From a virus, in IMG/VR virus record IMGVR_UViG_3300029581_000118, positions 1 through 5,298 of that record: a DNA stretch of 5,298 nt; one strand, 5' to 3'. Positions 4,784 to 5,298 of the stretch are shown in pieces. The position numbers and the translations under genes were made by a program. Within the stretch, counting starts at the first letter, position 1. Each line of letters opens with the position of its first letter. Below the pieces are notes generated by a model. The model saw nothing but the letters and a program-made list of their open reading frames with translations, had not been told where the DNA came from and ran no database searches.

Positions 4784-5298
4784 GTGAAGAAAATGCAGCG
4801 GCGTTTTTATAAGCGCTTCGCCGCCCTTGTCGCGGCTCTGACGGTTTCTTTTTCTTTGTGTACTCCTTGTTTTGCTGGATTTGAAACGGAAGCTGATATG
4901 CCATCTTTGGATGATTTTTATAAAAATCATGGCTCTTGGTATGTTTGGCGTTCTGCTACTCTTTCTGGTTTCTCTTATTATGAGTTGCTTTGCTCTCCTA
5001 TTTCTGTTTCTGGCACTTCTTATTCTCTGCCTTATTCGGTTACTTATTCTACAGATGCGTTTGATGTTTCTTATCTAGCTAATGATTCTGGCTTAGCTTA
5101 TGATTACGCTTGCGCTTTTCCTCTTCCTCTCCGTGGTGCTTCTGGTTATTGGTCTGAATTACCTTCTTTCCCTATTGGTATGAGCACGAATTTTGAAGCC
5201 TCTATGGTTCGTGTTTATTCTACCGCTGCTCAACCTTCTGGCACTATTGGTTTTTTGGCTTCTTCTTTTAGTCGTTCAGATCGTCTTCTTTCTTTTGG
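4784..5298 (+). CDS. pIII-like minor coat/adsorption protein, N-terminal part with signal peptide; runs off the window end and continues at 100..763
   Basis: GTG 4784 lies 7 nt after the AAGGTGG Shine-Dalgarno; the alternative ATG is at 4793. The N-terminus MKKMQRRFYKRFAALVAALTVSFSLCTPCFA-GFETEAD is a classic Sec signal peptide with a basic n-region, a hydrophobic core and an AxA-like cleavage site. The frame stays open to the window end and is identical to 1..99 across the junction. Confidence 0.65.
   Translation, partial: MKKMQRRFYKRFAALVAALTVSFSLCTPCFAGFETEADMPSLDDFYKNHGSWYVWRSATLSGFSYYELLCSPISVSGTSYSLPYSVTYSTDAFDVSYLANDSGLAYDYACAFPLPLRGASGYWSELPSFPIGMSTNFEASMVRVYSTAAQPSGTIGFLASSFSRSDRLLSF
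5200..5298. repeat. terminal redundancy of the window: 5200-5298 is identical to 1-99, so the molecule is circular (about 5,199 nt) or tandemly repeated
   Basis: Base-by-base comparison of both ends. CTCTATGGTTCGTG...TCTTTCTTTTGG is present at both. Confidence 0.85.

Overview
The window appears to be one complete circular replicon of about 5,199 nt plus a 99-nt wrap-around: bases 5200-5298 are identical to bases 1-99. All convincing genes lie on the + strand, and their content and order look like a small filamentous (Inoviridae-like) ssDNA phage. The genes are, in order: a pIII-like adsorption protein with a signal peptide, Ser-rich linkers and a C-terminal membrane anchor, which spans the circular junction (4784..end and 1..763); a run of translationally coupled small hydrophobic proteins (760-891, 885-1052, 1663-1776); an unexplained 203-aa acidic protein with a C-terminal membrane anchor (1052-1663); a coat-like 42-aa protein (1878-2006) followed by a strong hairpin terminator; a Zot/pI-like Walker-A assembly ATPase (2080-2703); a ~500-bp intergenic region dense with GC-rich hairpins, an intrinsic terminator, a perfect 12-bp hairpin with a TTCG loop, an 18-bp A/T palindrome and a near-consensus sigma70 promoter; a Rep_trans-type rolling-circle initiator (3205-4341); a gene-V-like ssDNA-binding protein (4360-4602); and, unusually, a canonical-looking tRNA(CUG, Gln-like) gene (4663-4736) between the ssDNA-binding gene and the pIII-like gene. 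No secretin (pIV) gene is present. The minus-strand ORFs and the off-frame plus-strand ORFs look like artefacts of T-rich codon usage.
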